Source: Raillietiella orientalis (lineage: Eukaryota). Taken from it: DNA of 64,000 bases. Where the stretch lies: positions 558,001-622,000 of the forward strand of contig JAYWIR010000011.1 of assembly GCA_036172245.1 (NCBI GenBank), in the 5' to 3' direction. The translations under genes and the position numbers were made by a program. Positions 60,875 to 64,000 of the stretch are shown one piece after another. The notes under the pieces are model-generated. The model did no database searches, was not told where the DNA came from, and worked only from the letters and a program-made list of their open reading frames with translations. How positions within the stretch are numbered: position 1 is the first letter of the stretch; every line of letters starts with the position of its first letter.

Positions 60875-61490
60875 TGCAGGATTCGGGAAATCGGATGTCC
60901 CCGTTGACTGGCCAACGAGATGGACAGATCGACCCTCCGGGGTTCTTCCAGGAATCAAGGAGCCCGTTCCCTTCGGACTTCCCCTCTGGTTGCGGAGATG
61001 AAGCCATCCACCCCTCCACCTTCCTCCCCTCAGGGGAGGACCTCTATCTCGTACCATGGAGCTGGCGGTGGATGGATCTCTCTCTGGAAAGCGCTGCTCC
61101 CTTCAGGGAGAACCTCCAGAGAAAATGGGGCAGCGTCCCTTTGGGGTTCTCTTTAGAGGAGAAGAGAGCAAGGAGCAGTTCCCTTGCAAAGGTCCCTCCA
61201 AAGACAACCAAGACGAGGGGCCCCTTCAAATTTGCACTCCCAAGCGTGGGAGAGGAATGGACTCTCCTTCCTCCGAAATCCTTCCTGGATTCACTGGATA
61301 CTTGCCTCCCGGGATCACACCCTATAACTCGAAGGGTCACACGTACACTCGGGACGCGTGGACGGCGTCGAAAAGCTTTGTGAGCGCTACCCCCCTTCCC
61401 GGGGGAGCGAACGGTTTTTCAGCACTTGGGTCTAAAAAAACAAAGACTGGAAGGAAAGCAGGAAAAACAGAAGAATCCTAAAGGATTTCC
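60875..61490 (+). mobile_element. Interspersed repeat copy 2, probable Penelope-like thumb/linker fragment
   Basis: Colinear with 45100-45835. Translates as RSLRTS..KPST, SYHGAGGGWISLWKA, RENLQRKW and FALPSVGEE (LPYVGE-like). Confidence 0.8.
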
Positions 61491-61619
61491 ATTATCCTTG
61501 GCCAGCAGTGAGGATCACCCCGTGAGTTCGTCCCTGGCCTTCAGATTGGGGAGAAAAAGGGGAGGAAGGTTCCTGAAGAAGAGAAAGGGACAGGCGTCCG
61601 CTTCCGCTAGCGGCGACGC

Positions 61620-62900
61620 CAGCCGGCGCTCGCTCGAGGTCCCAAGTCCGCGTCTCTCTGCTGAAACCTAGGGAGGATTGCCGTTGCTAGCACGCACAGT
61701 AGCCGTTCCCCGCTGGACGACGAGAACGCGAGCCCGCCAGCGGGGCAACTGCATGCAGCCGGGGGTGGTCTCCTTCGACCTACCGGCGAAGATCAGTCAG
61801 CAACGGGAGTAAGGGGAACCCCGCTGCGGCGCTCCGTCCTGAATGGCCTGTTTCCGAGGCGACGGTTCGTAGGAGGCTGTCCTCCGTTTCCTTTGCAACC
61901 TCCTCCAGGAGGGCGAGGCGGTTTTCGAAGGTGCGGCAGCAGGCTGGGCGGGCTGCCGAAAAGTTGGATGTGGAGGGGGGGATATGCTCCGAAGCACTCA
62001 AGGCCCTCTCCTGATCCTCTGAGGAAAAGAACCCCCTGACGAGGTCGCTACTGCTCGCTAGCGCTGACTTCTACGTAACTGCGTCGGCTGCTGCGAAGGT
62101 CGTTCTGAACAGCCCCGTTCACCTGGAGCTGCGGTCCCCAGGAGTCATCGCGGCAGTGAACCGGGGACGCCAGAAGGGAGGAAGAAGAGGGGAGGGTAAG
62201 AGGGAACCCGTGCAGGTCACCCAATCGCCGCGCGGCAGGCCAGCACGCTGGTCGAGCGTTCCGACAAACGCTGGCGAGGTGGTCAGGAGCGGCTTGCATG
62301 AAGTCGTCACGGTCGGTGTGCAGAGGCGGGACTCCGGAAGAGGTTCGGCGAAGTCCTCCCGCGACTGGTCCAGCGCTGATTCGAAAAAGGGAGTCGAAGG
62401 GCAAGCGACGCCTCCTCCCCCGCTGGAGCCCCTCTGTCATTGGCGCGCCGGACACGAGGCAGTACCTCTCAGGGGAGCGGCAAGGGTGAATCGCTCGGCA
62501 CTCTCCGTGGAAACTTCAGCATCCGTTCCTCCTCCCCGTCTCCAGGAGATCGCTACCTTGGCAGCACGTATCCCGGGCAACAGGGCGTGCAGACTAGAGA
62601 GTGGGTGGACCCGTCGCCCGTCGCGAGGAAGGGGAGAACTTCGCGATCCTGGGAATCCCAGTCAACACCTCCATCATCCCTCAACGCCACCAGGGGACTG
62701 CCATCTTGGTGGTGCACCTCGCTGTTTCCAGAGCAATCGCCGCGCCCCAGCGGAAAGAGTGCACTCCGCCTCGGGATGGTGGCGGACCCTGCCTCACGTG
62801 CTCCTTGCATGCGGAAGGGTGGAAGGATGGTCCCCTCTCCGTGGCGATTCCCTACGGCGTACAGGGGACGAGGAGGAGACGTCCGAAATGGAGGAAAGGC
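61620..62900 (-). mobile_element. Near full-length decayed Penelope-like element; boundaries approximate
   Basis: In order: PPRPLYAVGNRHGEGTILPP (~62877-62815; PRLYGLPKIHKxGxPLRP-like), PLVAL/EVLTGIP, VPSDSPL, RDDFM..DHLASV, EHIPP..LLEEV, SPYS, GYCAC. Confidence 0.62.
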
Positions 62901-64000
62901 GCGGTCCCCGTCATTCCGGAGGAGGACCGCTCGCAATCGTTTGCCTCCTCCGCGAGGGGACTCCGAGGCGAGGGGATGCGAGGCGCAAGGGAGTCTTCGG
63001 ACAATCGTGGGCGCAGACGGATCGGGAACGCAGTCCTCCCCTTCCCATTCCTCCTCCGTCTGACTCACGTCCTCCGAGGGCTTTCGGCGCGTGCGGTGTG
63101 CAGCCGGCGGGAGCATCCGACGGGTGTCGAACCGCCTCGAACTCCTCGGGACCGCTTCCTCCCGGCGCACGAGTGCACAAAACGTAGCCGCAGCTCAAGG
63201 AGTGGCAGGTGCAGGACTCGGCCATTCCTCCCGGGAGAGTCCCGCGCCGTCCGACCACGCCCAGGGAAGGAGGCACGGTCGCCGCCGCCGCCGCCGCCGC
63301 CGTGCGGCCGTTTCCCCGTTTCCACGACGATAGTGAAGGGACATCACTGGAAGTCGCCCCCCGCTTATTTTTGCTCATGAGGTCCTCCCTCCCCACCTCC
63401 CGCTCCTTCCCAGTTGCGTCCGTCCCCAGCGAGGGTTGTCCCTTCGGCTCATACCTGCACGTGCTGGTCCCCCTCCAGCTGCACGAACTTCATCTGTTTG
63501 TCTTGAATCTAGCGGCCCGGTTGTCCGGGTTGCGAAAGCCTGCCTGGTCCCGGGGAAGACACCACCGGTTCCCCCCAGCGCCGGTGGCATGAATGTGGCC
63601 GTTCAGGTTGAGGTCACCATCGCCGAACGCGCGGGCTACCGCCCGCAGACGCGAGTGGCTCCCCGTCATCCGCAGACTTCTTGCGCCGTCGATGCCGGGC
63701 TCCACTTCTTCTTCCTTCGCAATGCGCCTCCTCCCTTTCTTCTCCAGTCGGAATCTCCTCGGTCGCCCCCGTGCTGCTGCAGTCGCTCGCCGCCTCCCTA
63801 GGTCCCGGCGGAGCCACAGATGGGCGGGCGCTCCTCCGTCGTCAGCGCTCGGGATCTCCCGTCGCCTCACGTCTTCTAGAGCACCTGCTGCGGCGGCGGC
63901 ACCGCTGCCCGCGCCAAGCTCGCCCGCCAGAGAGTCCGCGAGGAGCGTCGTCTCTCCCCCACCTCGAGCGCGCCGTTCCGAGAGGCAGGGTGAACCTCGG

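Overview
Eukaryotic genomic DNA, most likely from an arthropod (inferred from spliceosomal GT-AG introns and cuticlin-type ZP proteins). Two paralogous zona-pellucida (ZP)/cuticlin-domain coding units lie in tandem on the minus strand. Unit B (38471->33510) is complete: three coding exons, 603 aa, signal peptide, ZP-N/ZP-C, Pro/Thr stalk, no transmembrane helix. Unit A has five recognisable exons (10021->1). It runs off the left edge in a giant exon of 312-bp (104-aa) tandem repeats built from CxPGSxDxRC modules, with one 2-nt frameshift. I could not find a convincing signal-peptide or first ZP-N exon for unit A. Its first visible exon starts at the same residue and phase as exon 3 of unit B, so the two units may be alternative 3' modules sharing 5' exons (hypothesis). 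Much of the non-coding DNA appears to be a dense, partly nested graveyard of heavily decayed Penelope-like retroelements (RT plus GIY-YIG motifs in canonical order on both strands, about 19 relics). These were recognised by eye across frameshifts, have approximate boundaries and need profile-search confirmation. Most ORFs in the supplied track are GC-rich artefacts or fragments of these relics. No rRNA, bona fide tRNA, CRISPR array or intact hammerhead ribozyme was found.
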